A stretch of 37,986 nucleotides of DNA from Candidatus Omnitrophota bacterium (GTDB lineage Bacteria > Omnitrophota > Gorgyraeia > Gygaellales > Profunditerraquicolaceae): contig JALOBQ010000001.1 of assembly GCA_023228185.1 (NCBI GenBank), forward strand, positions 8,032-46,017, written 5' to 3'. The notes under the pieces are model-generated. The model was given only the letters and a program-made list of their open reading frames with translations, ran no database searches and was not told the origin of the DNA. Each line of letters begins with the position of its first letter. Within the stretch, counting starts at the first letter, position 1. The translations under genes were made by a program, and so were the position numbers. Positions 8,455-18,430 of the stretch are shown here, in pieces.

Positions 8455-10206
8455 TTACCCTTTCTCTATGGAATCCTGAAACTGCTTGACTAAATTATCT
8501 AACGCTTGTTGGTCACCGGCAGCCTGCGCGTTTTTAATTTGGGTATGCAGATTCTGCCTTTTTGATTTAAGACGGTCACGTTTTAAACGCTGGATACAAT
8601 CGCTAACAGCTTTATCTCTTTCCTGAAGGTTTAAATCCGGCATAAATGCCGATTCACAAAGCAACTCTGCGGCGGCATCTTCATCAAAATAGTTCATCAG
8701 TATATTCGGGCTGACTGTTTTGCCTTGCGTAATCAAATCATAGATCAAAGCGACAATTTTAGAAGTACGCTCATCCTGAAAATCCGTCGGCGCCAACTCC
8801 AAGCGGATACGCTCGATGACATTCTTTTCCTCAAGCATAAATTTAATCAATAATTTTTCTGCCGGATTTATTGCCAGTTTCTTCTTTTTCTCCTGTAGGT
8901 TTAAGCTAAAATGTTTATCCAAAGGCTTAATTTTCTTTAATTCCTCAAGCAAATAAGATTCCTGCACTTTTAAACCTTCTGAAAGATGCCGGATATATTC
9001 GCTGCGGATAATCGCATTCTGAAATTTATTAATCGTAGAAAGCATTTCCGCGGCAATCAGGCTTTTAGCGTTAGCATCAATAATACCGTGACGGGTTTTT
9101 AAAATGCCGAATTTATAATCAAAAAGGTTACTTGCCTGGGCAATCAGACTTTTTAATTTAGCCACCCCGAATTTTCTTACTAAAAGGTCCGGGTCAAAAC
9201 CAACCGGCAGGCTGACTATCTTTACGTTCATTCCTTCTTCAATCAGTATATCCAAGTTCCTTAAAGTAGCCAATTCTCCGGCGGCATCACCGTCATAAAT
9301 CATCACAACATTATGCGTATAACGCTTAAGCAGGCGGATTTGTTCCAATGCCAACGCAGTACCGCAGGAAGCGACAATATTTTTTACCCCTTCCTGATAA
9401 GGAATAATAAAATCCAGGTAACCTTCGACGATAACCGCTGAATCGGATTGCCGGATATAATCTTTCGATAAATTAAGCCCGTAAAGATTCCTGCCCTTAG
9501 TGTAAATCGGCGTTTCAGGTGAATTTACATATTTCGGCAGGCTCTGGTCCATTACTCTGGCGCCGAAACCCAAAGCCCGGGAACGCACGTCAAATACCGG
9601 AAAAATTATACGGTTGCGGAAACGATCATAATAACCGCCACGCTCTTTTGCCAAAGCCAACCCGGATTTTTCAATCAAATCAAGGCCGATTAATTTTAAC
9701 CTTAAGAAATTGATCAAGCCATCCCAGCCGCTCGCTGCATACCCTAACCTAAACTCTTTAATTGTCTGAGGTTTAATCTGCCGGCGATGCAAGTATTCGA
9801 TAGCCGCGGGTGTTTGCGCTAAATTCGACTCATAAAAACTTACCGCCAGATCATTAATTTTACTATAAATTAGCGTAGAACTTGATGGCTCTTTAGAGTG
9901 TTTTTGCGTTTCCGGTATAATTACGCCTAATCTTTTCGCAAGCATTTCCACTGCTTCGGGAAACTCCATTCGTTCATGGCGCATCAAAAACTTAAAAACA
10001 TTTCCGGATTCCGAACATCCAAAACAATGATAAATTTGTTTTTCCGGAGACACAACAAAAGAAGCCGTCTTCTCATGGTGGAAAGGACAGTTTGTCTTAA
10101 AATTCCTGCCGGCTTTTTTAAGCGGCAAATAGGATGAAATCACCTCTACGATATCCGTACGGCTCAAAATATCTTCGAGGATATTTTCTGGGATGCGGCC
10201 TGACAT
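8455..10206 (-). CDS. dnaG: DNA primase DnaG
   Basis: 583 aa. CHC2 zinc finger CPFHHEKTASFVVSPEKQIYHCFGC; TOPRIM motifs VEGYLD and YDGDAAG. Confidence 0.93.
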   Translation of the reverse strand: MSGRIPENILEDILSRTDIVEVISSYLPLKKAGRNFKTNCPFHHEKTASFVVSPEKQIYHCFGCSESGNVFKFLMRHERMEFPEAVEMLAKRLGVIIPETQKHSKEPSSSTLIYSKINDLAVSFYESNLAQTPAAIEYLHRRQIKPQTIKEFRLGYAASGWDGLINFLRLKLIGLDLIEKSGLALAKERGGYYDRFRNRIIFPVFDVRSRALGFGARVMDQSLPKYVNSPETPIYTKGRNLYGLNLSKDYIRQSDSAVIVEGYLDFIIPYQEGVKNIVASCGTALALEQIRLLKRYTHNVVMIYDGDAAGELATLRNLDILIEEGMNVKIVSLPVGFDPDLLVRKFGVAKLKSLIAQASNLFDYKFGILKTRHGIIDANAKSLIAAEMLSTINKFQNAIIRSEYIRHLSEGLKVQESYLLEELKKIKPLDKHFSLNLQEKKKKLAINPAEKLLIKFMLEEKNVIERIRLELAPTDFQDERTSKIVALIYDLITQGKTVSPNILMNYFDEDAAAELLCESAFMPDLNLQERDKAVSDCIQRLKRDRLKSKRQNLHTQIKNAQAAGDQQALDNLVKQFQDSIEKG

Positions 10207-10209
10207 ATT

Positions 10210-11088
10210 TTATTTTCTTTTTATGCGGGTAAAACCTGAACAGTTGATGATTTGGAAATTCTCTTTAAATCTAGCCTCAAGCTTATCCAGAAGCAGATTA
10301 AGCCCGAGTGTGTCGGAAGAAATATGCCCGGCGATAACCACGTTAAGATTAGCCTCAATTGCCTTTTTGAGATGCTCCTCGCTTAGATGCATAGAAACCA
10401 GAGTCCGCACACCGGCCTTATAAAGTTTATCAAATACCTCTTTTGGGCCTTCTGTGCCGCCAGTCATTTCAAAATACACTTTGCCAACCGGACGGTTTAA
10501 CGAACCCAAAATAACTTTCGGCCCGGCATTAAATTTAGCGGCAATCTTATATTCCGGTACGCGCATTAATAAATCAATGGCATCAGTTAACTTTTTTGGT
10601 TTAGCTTTCAAAAATAATTTTTCTAAAAACCTGTAGACCTGATTATCCGCCGGTGTATGCGCATTGATATAGGGCAATTTTAATAATTTCGCGGCATCAA
10701 TCGGCCGGGTATGATTTTGGCCTAAAACGCGGCGTTCTACCTCCTGCATACGTTTATCCAAAAGTTGTTCCGCCGACTTCCTGTTTACTCCGGCTTGAGC
10801 CAAGAGATCAACCTGCAGGCGCATTACCTCATGCAAACCTGTATAGGCCGCACCTTCAGGATGATGCCCTAAAACCAGATCCAGGCCTTCTTGAGACCTA
10901 ATCCGGTCAGCAAGCAGAAGATCAGCTACCTCAATATCGATACCGACCATAATCTTGCGCACTTGCGTATTTTGTGCGCCATAAAGCAACTGTGAATCCG
11001 GATAACTTTTAATCAGGAATTTATTCTTGCGCGGATCGGCTTGAGCGCCACATTTGATAATCTGACGGTATAAATCTATGAGTTTCAT
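10210..11088 (-). CDS. Divergent NIF3/DUF34 (COG0327)-like dinuclear-metal protein (tentative)
   Basis: 292 aa. The order and spacing of metal-ligand-like motifs resemble YbgI/YqfO: LGHHPEG, NAHTPADN, MTGGTEG, AGHISSD. The context beside dnaG-rpoD recalls B. subtilis sigA-yqfO. The family call rests on motif pattern only. Confidence 0.5.
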   Translation of the reverse strand: MKLIDLYRQIIKCGAQADPRKNKFLIKSYPDSQLLYGAQNTQVRKIMVGIDIEVADLLLADRIRSQEGLDLVLGHHPEGAAYTGLHEVMRLQVDLLAQAGVNRKSAEQLLDKRMQEVERRVLGQNHTRPIDAAKLLKLPYINAHTPADNQVYRFLEKLFLKAKPKKLTDAIDLLMRVPEYKIAAKFNAGPKVILGSLNRPVGKVYFEMTGGTEGPKEVFDKLYKAGVRTLVSMHLSEEHLKKAIEANLNVVIAGHISSDTLGLNLLLDKLEARFKENFQIINCSGFTRIKRK

Positions 11089-11663
11089 TCTTTGAAAATA
11101 TTTTCAACTTCTACAATATTTTGATTAATTTTTTCACCACTGCTAAATTTAGAAAATAAGTTATTCCAAAGCCATCTATAGGTATTTGGGGCAATCGAAA
11201 AAGAACGCTTTCCCAGATAGGAGCTCTTTACGCTTTGGCCCAAATATACGGTGCTGGAGATCACCAAAATAAAACTTAACAGGCCAATAAGAAAAAAAGC
11301 ACGCATTACTCCCAGGCAAAGGCCGCCCCATTTATTCAGAGCTGAAACAGCCTCTAACTGCATAAAACGGAATAAAAATATACGTAAAACCACAAAGATA
11401 AAATAACCAATTAGAACCAAAATGATAAAAATAAAAAAATCAATAAAATCTAACGGCATACCATTTAACCGGGTATGCTTCTGAAGCATATCCGATAGAA
11501 TCGTATAATAATGAAACGCGATATATATTGCTGAAAGTGTTCCCAGAAATTTAAAAAGTTCCGAGGAAAACCCGTTTTTTAAAGCGACATAACATATTCT
11601 GATAAAAAGGATTACGATAACAACATCCAACCATTTAAACTGCCTTAAAATATCCAAAAGCAT
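11085..11663 (-). CDS. cvpA: CvpA-family integral membrane protein
   Basis: 192 aa with four predicted TM helices. N-terminus ...WLDVVIVILFIRICYVALKNGF is typical of colicin V production (CvpA) proteins. Confidence 0.6.
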   Translation of the reverse strand: MLLDILRQFKWLDVVIVILFIRICYVALKNGFSSELFKFLGTLSAIYIAFHYYTILSDMLQKHTRLNGMPLDFIDFFIFIILVLIGYFIFVVLRIFLFRFMQLEAVSALNKWGGLCLGVMRAFFLIGLLSFILVISSTVYLGQSVKSSYLGKRSFSIAPNTYRWLWNNLFSKFSSGEKINQNIVEVENIFKE

Positions 11664-11695
11664 ATAATTCTCCTTTGTTTAACTAAATAAGGGAA

Positions 11696-11725
11696 AGTAT
11701 AACATATGGCCTGACAGCTTGTCAA
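11696..11725 (-). promoter_or_regulatory. Candidate promoter for cvpA operon (TTGACA-N18-TATACT)
   Basis: The minus strand reads TTGACA (11725-11720), then TATACT (11701-11696). Lies ~30 nt upstream of a GGAG RBS and ATG 11663. Confidence 0.4.
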
Positions 11726-11744
11726 GGAAAGGGCTTTCCTTTTA

Positions 11745-12677
11745 TTAAACCTTAAACCAGGCGATTGTCCTTTTCAAGCCTTCTTCTAAGTTAATTTGGG
11801 GGGCCCAGTCAAGCAGCTTTTTGGCGCGGCTGATATCCGGCTTACGCTGTTTTGGGTCGTCACAGGGAAGTTCTTTAAATATAATCCGGCTTCTGGAACC
11901 GGTAAGCTTGATTACCAGTTTAGCTAACTGCATAATCGTAAATTCACCCGGATTACCCAAGTTAACCGGTTCAACTGCTTTAACAAACATCAAACGAAAG
12001 ATACCTTCCGTAAGATCATCAACATAGCAGAAACTTCTGGTCTGTTTTCCTTTACCGTAAACAGTAATCGGTTTATTATGCAAAGCCTGGTCAATAAAAT
12101 TAGGCACTACCCTGCCGTCGCGATGCCTCATGCGCGGGCCATAAGTATTAAAGATACGGATTATTTTTGTGTCTAACTTATGCACTCTATGGTAAGCCAT
12201 AGTCAGGGCTTCAGCAAAACGTTTAGATTCATCATAACAGCCCCTTAAACCAACCGGATTAACATTGCCCCAATAACTTTCTTTCTGGGGATGCATAAGA
12301 GGATCACCATAAACCTCCGAAGTCGAAAATAACATAAAAGCCGCTTTTTTCTTTTTAGCTAACCCCAAAGCATTATGTGTGCCTAATGAACCGACTTTTA
12401 GCGTCTGAATAGGAAAATCGAGATAGTCAATCGGGGAAGCTAAAGACGCGCAATGCAGGACAAAATCCACTTTTCCGGCAACTTCAATAGGATTGGATAC
12501 ATTATGCACAACCAAACGAAAATTATTATCCTTAAGCAAAGGCTTAATATTATCCAAGTTACCGGTAATAAAATTGTCCACGCAAATTACCTGATACTTA
12601 AGCCCCAGTAATTTTTGCGATAAATGCGAACCGATAAATCCGGCGCCGCCGGTAATCAAAACTGTTTTTTTAAACAT
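11745..12677 (-). CDS. uxs: UDP-glucuronate decarboxylase (UDP-xylose synthase-type SDR)
   Basis: 310 aa. GGAGFIGSH Rossmann motif; [28 protein letters not shown] (Y-x3-K); NTYGPRM. Strongly UXS/ArnA-decarboxylase-like. Confidence 0.85.
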   Translation of the reverse strand: MFKKTVLITGGAGFIGSHLSQKLLGLKYQVICVDNFITGNLDNIKPLLKDNNFRLVVHNVSNPIEVAGKVDFVLHCASLASPIDYLDFPIQTLKVGSLGTHNALGLAKKKKAAFMLFSTSEVYGDPLMHPQKESYWGNVNPVGLRGCYDESKRFAEALTMAYHRVHKLDTKIIRIFNTYGPRMRHRDGRVVPNFIDQALHNKPITVYGKGKQTRSFCYVDDLTEGIFRLMFVKAVEPVNLGNPGEFTIMQLAKLVIKLTGSRSRIIFKELPCDDPKQRKPDISRAKKLLDWAPQINLEEGLKRTIAWFKV

Positions 12678-13602
12678 GCTTTTTCCAAAAATCCACGGTA
12701 ATTTTCAAGCCCTTAATGAAATCGAACCTCGGATGATAACCAAGCGCGCTTCGTGAATGCCGCAAATTTGCCAGGGATTTTAATACATCCCCCGCCCGTT
12801 TAGGTAAAAATGATTTTTTCGGCTGTTTGCCTAATATTAAACTAAGATGTTTAATCAAAGATAAAATCGTATAGTCCTTACCGGAAGCAACGTTAAAAAC
12901 TCCGAATTTTAAAGGGCTTCGGGCCGCCAGCAAATTCGCGTCCACCACATTACTAATAAAAGTAAAATCGCGCGACTGCCTACCGTTTCCATAAATAGGC
13001 AACGGCTGATCTTTAAGCAAACAATTGATAAATTTTGGAATCACCACCGCGTATTCATCATCCAACGACTGGCGCGGCCCAAAAACATTAAAATAGCGCA
13101 AAGCAATTGCCGGCACCCCAAAATGCTCGGCAAAAATCCGGCAATAATGCTCGCCGGTCAATTTACTTAAAGCATAGGGAGAAACCGGGCCGGGTAAAAA
13201 ATTTTCATCCTCGGGGAACTTCTCCACCATTCCGTAAACCGAACTTGAAGACGCTAAAACAAAACGTTTTATTTTACAGGCACGCGCGGCTTGAAGCATA
13301 TTCAGCGTCCCGTCAATATTCACGCGGTTATAGTCGCCAGGCACACTCATTGATTTAGGCACACTGCGTAAAGCCGCCTGATGCAGGATAAAATCCATCC
13401 CGCAAGCTGCTTTAAGACAGGTTTTAGCGTTAGTGATATCTCCTTTTATCAAATCAATGCGTTTAATAAAAGGTTTCAAGTTCTCTAACTTTCCGCTTGA
13501 AAAATTATCCAACACGCGCACATAATTACGCCCTTTGAGCAATCTCTCAACAATATGCGAACCGATGAATCCAGCGCCGCCGGTAACTAAAAATTTGCTC
13601 AT
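12670..13602 (-). CDS. NAD-dependent nucleotide-sugar 4-epimerase (WbpP/TviC-like)
   Basis: 310 aa. [34 protein letters not shown] (Y-x3-K), [10 protein letters not shown]. Start overlaps the stop of the upstream HexNAc-dehydrogenase gene by 4 nt. Confidence 0.75.
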   Translation of the reverse strand: MSKFLVTGGAGFIGSHIVERLLKGRNYVRVLDNFSSGKLENLKPFIKRIDLIKGDITNAKTCLKAACGMDFILHQAALRSVPKSMSVPGDYNRVNIDGTLNMLQAARACKIKRFVLASSSSVYGMVEKFPEDENFLPGPVSPYALSKLTGEHYCRIFAEHFGVPAIALRYFNVFGPRQSLDDEYAVVIPKFINCLLKDQPLPIYGNGRQSRDFTFISNVVDANLLAARSPLKFGVFNVASGKDYTILSLIKHLSLILGKQPKKSFLPKRAGDVLKSLANLRHSRSALGYHPRFDFIKGLKITVDFWKKHV

Positions 13603-14912
13603 AATCGAATTACCTTTCCTTGATTCTTTCCCTTATAAACATTACGCGAATCAAAAATTAATTTAGCGTGTTTAAGCAAATAAACGTAATTCACAGCTGA
13701 ATGGTCAGCGGCAATAAGCAAACAGTCAAATTTCCTAATATTGTTTTCCCTTAATGCCACGGATTTTAGATTGATATCTTTAATCTTTAAAAAAGGAATC
13801 AGCGGATCAGTATAGGAAACAAGCGCGCCGTGTTTCTTAAGGCTGTTAATTACGTCAATACCCGGAGACTTACGTAAATCTTTAACGTCTTTTTTATAAG
13901 TAACACCAACCACAAGCACTTTTGCCCCGGAAAGCTTTTTGCCTGATCCTGCCAGAGCTTCTTTCAGCCTGCGCACAACGTATTCAGGCATACGGCTAAT
14001 CACATCGGAAGCCAATTTTATAAAATGAGAATAAAAACCGAAACTTTTAGCTTTCCAGTGTAAATATAAAGGGTCTTTAGGAATACAGTGGCCGCCCACA
14101 CCCGGGCCGGGAAAAAATGGCATAAAACCAAAAGGTTTTGTCGAAGCGGCTTGCACCACTTCCCAGATATCAATATCCATTTTATGCGCCATCATCGCCA
14201 ATTCATCAATTAAACCGATATTAATCAAGCGAAAAGTATTTTCCAGCAACTTTACGGTTTCAGCGGTGCGCGCGCTCGAGACAGGGACGATTTTTTTAAT
14301 AATCAACCCGTAAACAAGAGCGGTTAATTTTGTCGCTTGTAAATTTAATCCGCCGACAACTTTAGGTATCTTTTGCACGGGGTATTGTTTATTACCCGGG
14401 TCTATTCTTTCCGGAGAAAACGCAAGATAATAATCCCTGCCATGTTTTAGGCCGCGCCGGGAAAAAATCGGTTCAATCTCCTCTTCCGTCGTCCCCGGAT
14501 AAGTCGTGCTTTCCAGAATCACCAGGCTTCCTTTTTTTAAAAATGAAGCCACGGAGTTAAACGCGTTTTTAATAAACGAAATATCCGGCAGGTATTTTCC
14601 CTTAAGAGGCGTCGGCACGCAAACCAGAATCACATCAGCTTCTTTAACTACCTCAAAACTTCCGGAAACTTTAAAATGGCCGCGCGCGATATAATCTTTA
14701 ACCTGTTTATCGCTTATATCGCTAATATAGGATTTACCATGTTTAGCGATAGCATTAAGCCTGTCTTTGTCTATTTCAATACCCGTGACAAAAATGGATC
14801 TCCTGGCAAATTCCAGCGCTAAAGGCAGCCCCACGTAACCTAAACCCACAACGCAAATACGCAGGCTTTTGTTCTTAATTTTCTTCGTTAGTTCAAAGAA
14901 ATGATCAGCCAT
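13599..14912 (-). CDS. UDP-N-acetylhexosamine 6-dehydrogenase family (WbpA/WbpO/TviB/WecC class); substrate not resolved
   Basis: 437 aa. N-terminal GLGYVGLP NAD fold, FSPERIDPGN, catalytic GGHCIPKD. Confidence 0.8.
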   Translation of the reverse strand: MADHFFELTKKIKNKSLRICVVGLGYVGLPLALEFARRSIFVTGIEIDKDRLNAIAKHGKSYISDISDKQVKDYIARGHFKVSGSFEVVKEADVILVCVPTPLKGKYLPDISFIKNAFNSVASFLKKGSLVILESTTYPGTTEEEIEPIFSRRGLKHGRDYYLAFSPERIDPGNKQYPVQKIPKVVGGLNLQATKLTALVYGLIIKKIVPVSSARTAETVKLLENTFRLINIGLIDELAMMAHKMDIDIWEVVQAASTKPFGFMPFFPGPGVGGHCIPKDPLYLHWKAKSFGFYSHFIKLASDVISRMPEYVVRRLKEALAGSGKKLSGAKVLVVGVTYKKDVKDLRKSPGIDVINSLKKHGALVSYTDPLIPFLKIKDINLKSVALRENNIRKFDCLLIAADHSAVNYVYLLKHAKLIFDSRNVYKGKNQGKVIRL

Positions 14913-16200
14913 TTTTTCCCACTCCTAAATAAGTAAATCCCAGAGCCTGCAAAGCTGCTGGGTCATAAATATTTCTTCCGTCAATAATTAGCGGCCGGCG
15001 CAATAATTTCTTAACCTTAACAAAATCCAGCTCCTTAAACTCATTCCATTCCGTGGCAATAATTAAACAATCAACGCCTCGGCAAGCGCTGTAAGCGTCT
15101 TTACAGAAAACAACATTCTTTAATAACGGCTTTGCTTTAGCCATAGCTTTTGGATCATAGGCTTTAATTTTAGCGCCTTCTTTTTCTAAAGCCCGAATAA
15201 GGTATATCGCGGGCGCGTTTCTTAAATCATCAGTGTTTGGTTTAAAAGAAAGCCCCAATACTCCGATAGTTTTACTCTTAACCATCCAAAGAGAATTTTT
15301 TACCTTTTTCAGGAAAAATTCCAGTTGCTGAATATTTGTTTGCCTGACTGCTTTAAGCAGCTTAAAATCCACGCCGAGTTTATCGGCGATATTAATAAAA
15401 GCGTCCAAATCTTTAGGAAAACATGAGCCGCCATAACCTAATCCGGCATGCAGAAAATATTTACCGATACGGTTATCCAATCCCATGCCCCGGGCAACTT
15501 CCGTAACGTCAGCGCCTACTTTATCGCAGAGCTGCGAAACAGCGTTAATAAATGAGATCTTTGTGGCGAGAAAAGCGTTCGAAGCGTGCTTAATCAGCTC
15601 GGCGGATTTTATATTGGTGATCAAAATCGGCTTATTCAACGGCTTATAAATACTGGTAATCATCTCTCTGGCTTTTATGGATTCTAAACCGACGATAATC
15701 CGGTCGGGATAATTAAAATCATTGATCGCAGAACCTTCCTTCAGAAATTCCGGATTAGAAACAACGTCAAATTTATATTTATTTTTTAAATTAGCGGCAA
15801 TTGTTTTCTTGATCCAGAAACAGGTCTCAACAGGCACAGTGGATTTTTCCACAATCAAGCGGTATCCATCCATATATTTTGCGATATTCTGTGCGACATT
15901 TTCGATACCCGTAAGGTCAGCTTCACCGTTTTCTAAAGAAGGCGTGCCTACGGCGATAAAAATAACCTCGCTTTTTAAAACTGCTTCTTTGATACTGCTG
16001 GTAAATTTCAATCTTTTATTTTTTACGTTTGAAGCGATCAGCTCCTCAAGGCCTGGCTCGTATATCGGCACGATATTTTTTTTCAAGCCCTTTATCTTTT
16101 TGGCATCACTATCAGCGCAAATAACTTTATTGCCTAATTCCGCAAGGCAAACGCCGGTAACTAAACCAACATAGCCGGAACCGATAATCGAAATATTCAT
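14905..16200 (-). CDS. ugd: UDP-glucose 6-dehydrogenase
   Basis: IGSGYVGLVTG, NPEFLKEG, GGSCFPKD. I prefer ATG 16200, which sits 4 nt after GGAGG, to the TTG at 16203 used by the ORF track. Confidence 0.88.
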   Translation of the reverse strand: MNISIIGSGYVGLVTGVCLAELGNKVICADSDAKKIKGLKKNIVPIYEPGLEELIASNVKNKRLKFTSSIKEAVLKSEVIFIAVGTPSLENGEADLTGIENVAQNIAKYMDGYRLIVEKSTVPVETCFWIKKTIAANLKNKYKFDVVSNPEFLKEGSAINDFNYPDRIIVGLESIKAREMITSIYKPLNKPILITNIKSAELIKHASNAFLATKISFINAVSQLCDKVGADVTEVARGMGLDNRIGKYFLHAGLGYGGSCFPKDLDAFINIADKLGVDFKLLKAVRQTNIQQLEFFLKKVKNSLWMVKSKTIGVLGLSFKPNTDDLRNAPAIYLIRALEKEGAKIKAYDPKAMAKAKPLLKNVVFCKDAYSACRGVDCLIIATEWNEFKELDFVKVKKLLRRPLIIDGRNIYDPAALQALGFTYLGVGKNG

Positions 16201-16226
16201 CAATCCTCCAATAATTCTATAAATTG

Positions 16227-18428
16227 TTACTGCGCGCCGGATTTACTTTCGCTAATGGTCTGATTAAACCCGAATTCGCTTCCCGGAAATGCCTTAAGCC
16301 GGAAAGTAAAATAGATGCCCGAACCCTGGCCTTTCTTGGAGTTCCAGGTTAAATCCATCTCCCAACAGTGTAAATCGCGCGTTAAAGTATATTCCTGTTC
16401 TGAAAGGCCGCGGTCAAGAGTTGAAGTTTGCTTAAAGTTATACCTTTCATAAACAGAAAATCTCCATTTTGGAGAAAGCTTCCAGTGAAAACCAGCGGTA
16501 ACCTCGTTTTTACCTTTCCGCTCATAACGCTGACCAACACTAAATGACCTGTTTTTATCAATATCAAAGATCAAATCATAATTAGCCAGGGAAAAAGTAT
16601 TATAATTTACGTTATCGTGGTCAGAATGCTCATAGGTAGCTTCACTTTCTATGCGCATCCAGGAATAAGGCAGGATTTTTAATTTAAAGAGGATATCCGA
16701 ATAATCGCTGTGCAATCTTTGGCCCGTATTTCTTAAAATATCATTTTCGTAAAAAACAGTGCCGTAAGCATCAGTGTTGGAACCGGATTTTGGTTTAATC
16801 ACGTAATCGCTGGATACCTGAAAATCCACAAAATCCACTGAAACGCCCTTACGTTTGGTTTGTAATTTATTAATTAATGTCAGCGTAGCCGTATTGCCGC
16901 GGGTAATTGAATCAACGCTGTCAATTTGCCTGAGTTTATATCCCGGTATTGTCGGCTGATGCGTATATAAATAGCCCACACTGGGAGTGATAATATGGCG
17001 TAATCCGTTAATATCCATGCCAAGAAAATTTGTTTTAGTGTTATAAATACGGTAAAACTTCGTGCTGGCGTCAATACCACCGTAAAAAATAGTGCGCACA
17101 ATGCCAGACTGTCCGGCTGAACCCGTATCGTAGAATGTCTGACGGCTGGCGACAAAAGGTTTTAACTGAAAAATAGAAACCTTCATCGGCATTGAAACTT
17201 TATTCGTGGTATCCATGCGCATCAGGGTAACTTTAGGGATAGTGGTTTCTCTCTTATTATAATTTCCCACTTGAGTGGAATTTTCAAAATACAAGGGGCT
17301 TTCGCCCAGTTGCATACTCGGCAGGTTATAATTAACCTCCGGCATTTTTTCCACCTGGTCAAACCAGTGGTTGGTGCGCTTCTGCAGTAAAATATCGATG
17401 CTAGAGAAATTAAAAACATGGTGGAACAACGCGTAACTTAAAGGTTCAGCGTCTTTCTCGTATTCACGGAAAAAATAATCCTTTAAGAAATTACGATCCA
17501 AGTCGTATTTTCTTCTTTGATCTGTGATCTTAAGAAATTCCGCGGTAAAATTTGTGCGTTCATCAATATTCCATTTATGGCGTAAGCGCATAAAATAACG
17601 CTGATACTCCGAAGGGTCTCCGCTTGTTACATCATCAGGCTTTTCATTAGTATAATAAAATTTATAATCGCCCTTACCGACAATCGAATCATAGTGAACG
17701 TTAAAACCACTGGCCAGGCCTAATTTATTACGGTAATCCAAATACATCCTTACATTTAATTTTTTGTTAAGGTTATACCTCCAGTTAGAAAGCAGATACG
17801 CCCCCCAATCTTTACTTTTACCGGGTTCGACCTGCATATGCATCAGCGCCTCCTGCATACTATAATTAAATCTGGGAAGATAAAGCAAGGGCACACTGCC
17901 GAGGTAAATTGTGCTGGACTGGGATTGAACTTTATCTCCGGGGAACATCCCGATTTTTTTAGAATTAATTCGGTAATGCGGATGGTCCAAAGAACAAGTG
18001 GTAAAATACCCTTTTTTCATGCTATATTCATTTTGATTGATCATTTCCACTTTTTTGGCTTTACCAAAATACGGATTCACCCTGAAATCCGCGTTCAAAA
18101 TTGTTCCGGTCTTATTTTGAAAATTATAGATCAGCTTTTCGCCTTCAATCACGCCGTTTTTATCATCCAACCTGGCATTGCCTTCAGCCACAGCGTCTTT
18201 AGTCTCCATATTCACGGTAAGTTTATTGCAGGTGAGTTTTGATTCTTTGTAGATTACTTCAACTTTACCGCTGGCCACTACCGAACGGCTATCCGCCGAA
18301 TACTCCACGTTATCTCCATTAATAATAATCGGCAATTTCCTGGCATCTTCAGCGTAAAGCAAAGACCAACCGGATAAAACCAACAGGCAGGAAATTAAAA
18401 AAATACGTTTATTTATTCCAAAATACAT
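16227..18428 (-). CDS. lptD: LPS-assembly outer membrane protein LptD (OstA family)
   Basis: 733 aa. Signal peptide, then an OstA-like N-domain (IINGDNVEY..ASGKVEV..LTCNKLTVN...AEGNARL), then a long aromatic-rich beta-barrel-like C-terminal region. Confidence 0.7.
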   Translation of the reverse strand: MYFGINKRIFLISCLLVLSGWSLLYAEDARKLPIIINGDNVEYSADSRSVVASGKVEVIYKESKLTCNKLTVNMETKDAVAEGNARLDDKNGVIEGEKLIYNFQNKTGTILNADFRVNPYFGKAKKVEMINQNEYSMKKGYFTTCSLDHPHYRINSKKIGMFPGDKVQSQSSTIYLGSVPLLYLPRFNYSMQEALMHMQVEPGKSKDWGAYLLSNWRYNLNKKLNVRMYLDYRNKLGLASGFNVHYDSIVGKGDYKFYYTNEKPDDVTSGDPSEYQRYFMRLRHKWNIDERTNFTAEFLKITDQRRKYDLDRNFLKDYFFREYEKDAEPLSYALFHHVFNFSSIDILLQKRTNHWFDQVEKMPEVNYNLPSMQLGESPLYFENSTQVGNYNKRETTIPKVTLMRMDTTNKVSMPMKVSIFQLKPFVASRQTFYDTGSAGQSGIVRTIFYGGIDASTKFYRIYNTKTNFLGMDINGLRHIITPSVGYLYTHQPTIPGYKLRQIDSVDSITRGNTATLTLINKLQTKRKGVSVDFVDFQVSSDYVIKPKSGSNTDAYGTVFYENDILRNTGQRLHSDYSDILFKLKILPYSWMRIESEATYEHSDHDNVNYNTFSLANYDLIFDIDKNRSFSVGQRYERKGKNEVTAGFHWKLSPKWRFSVYERYNFKQTSTLDRGLSEQEYTLTRDLHCWEMDLTWNSKKGQGSGIYFTFRLKAFPGSEFGFNQTISESKSGAQ

Positions 18429-18430
18429 AA

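Noticed and set aside
11724-11741. Hairpin AAGGAAAG-GG-CTTTCCTT after uxs; considered as an intrinsic terminator.
   Set aside because: On the mRNA (minus) strand it is not followed by a U-tract. The T-run is on the plus strand, where there are no genes. The 2-nt loop is sterically poor, and the hairpin overlaps the cvpA -35.
16382-17419. Same-strand alternative-frame ORFs inside lptD (16382-16567, 16880-17155, 17222-17419), plus 25066-25275, 27056-27265 and 20985-21185.
   Set aside because: They are short, embedded in strongly supported genes, and lack RBS or family resemblance. I have no evidence for overlapping genes.
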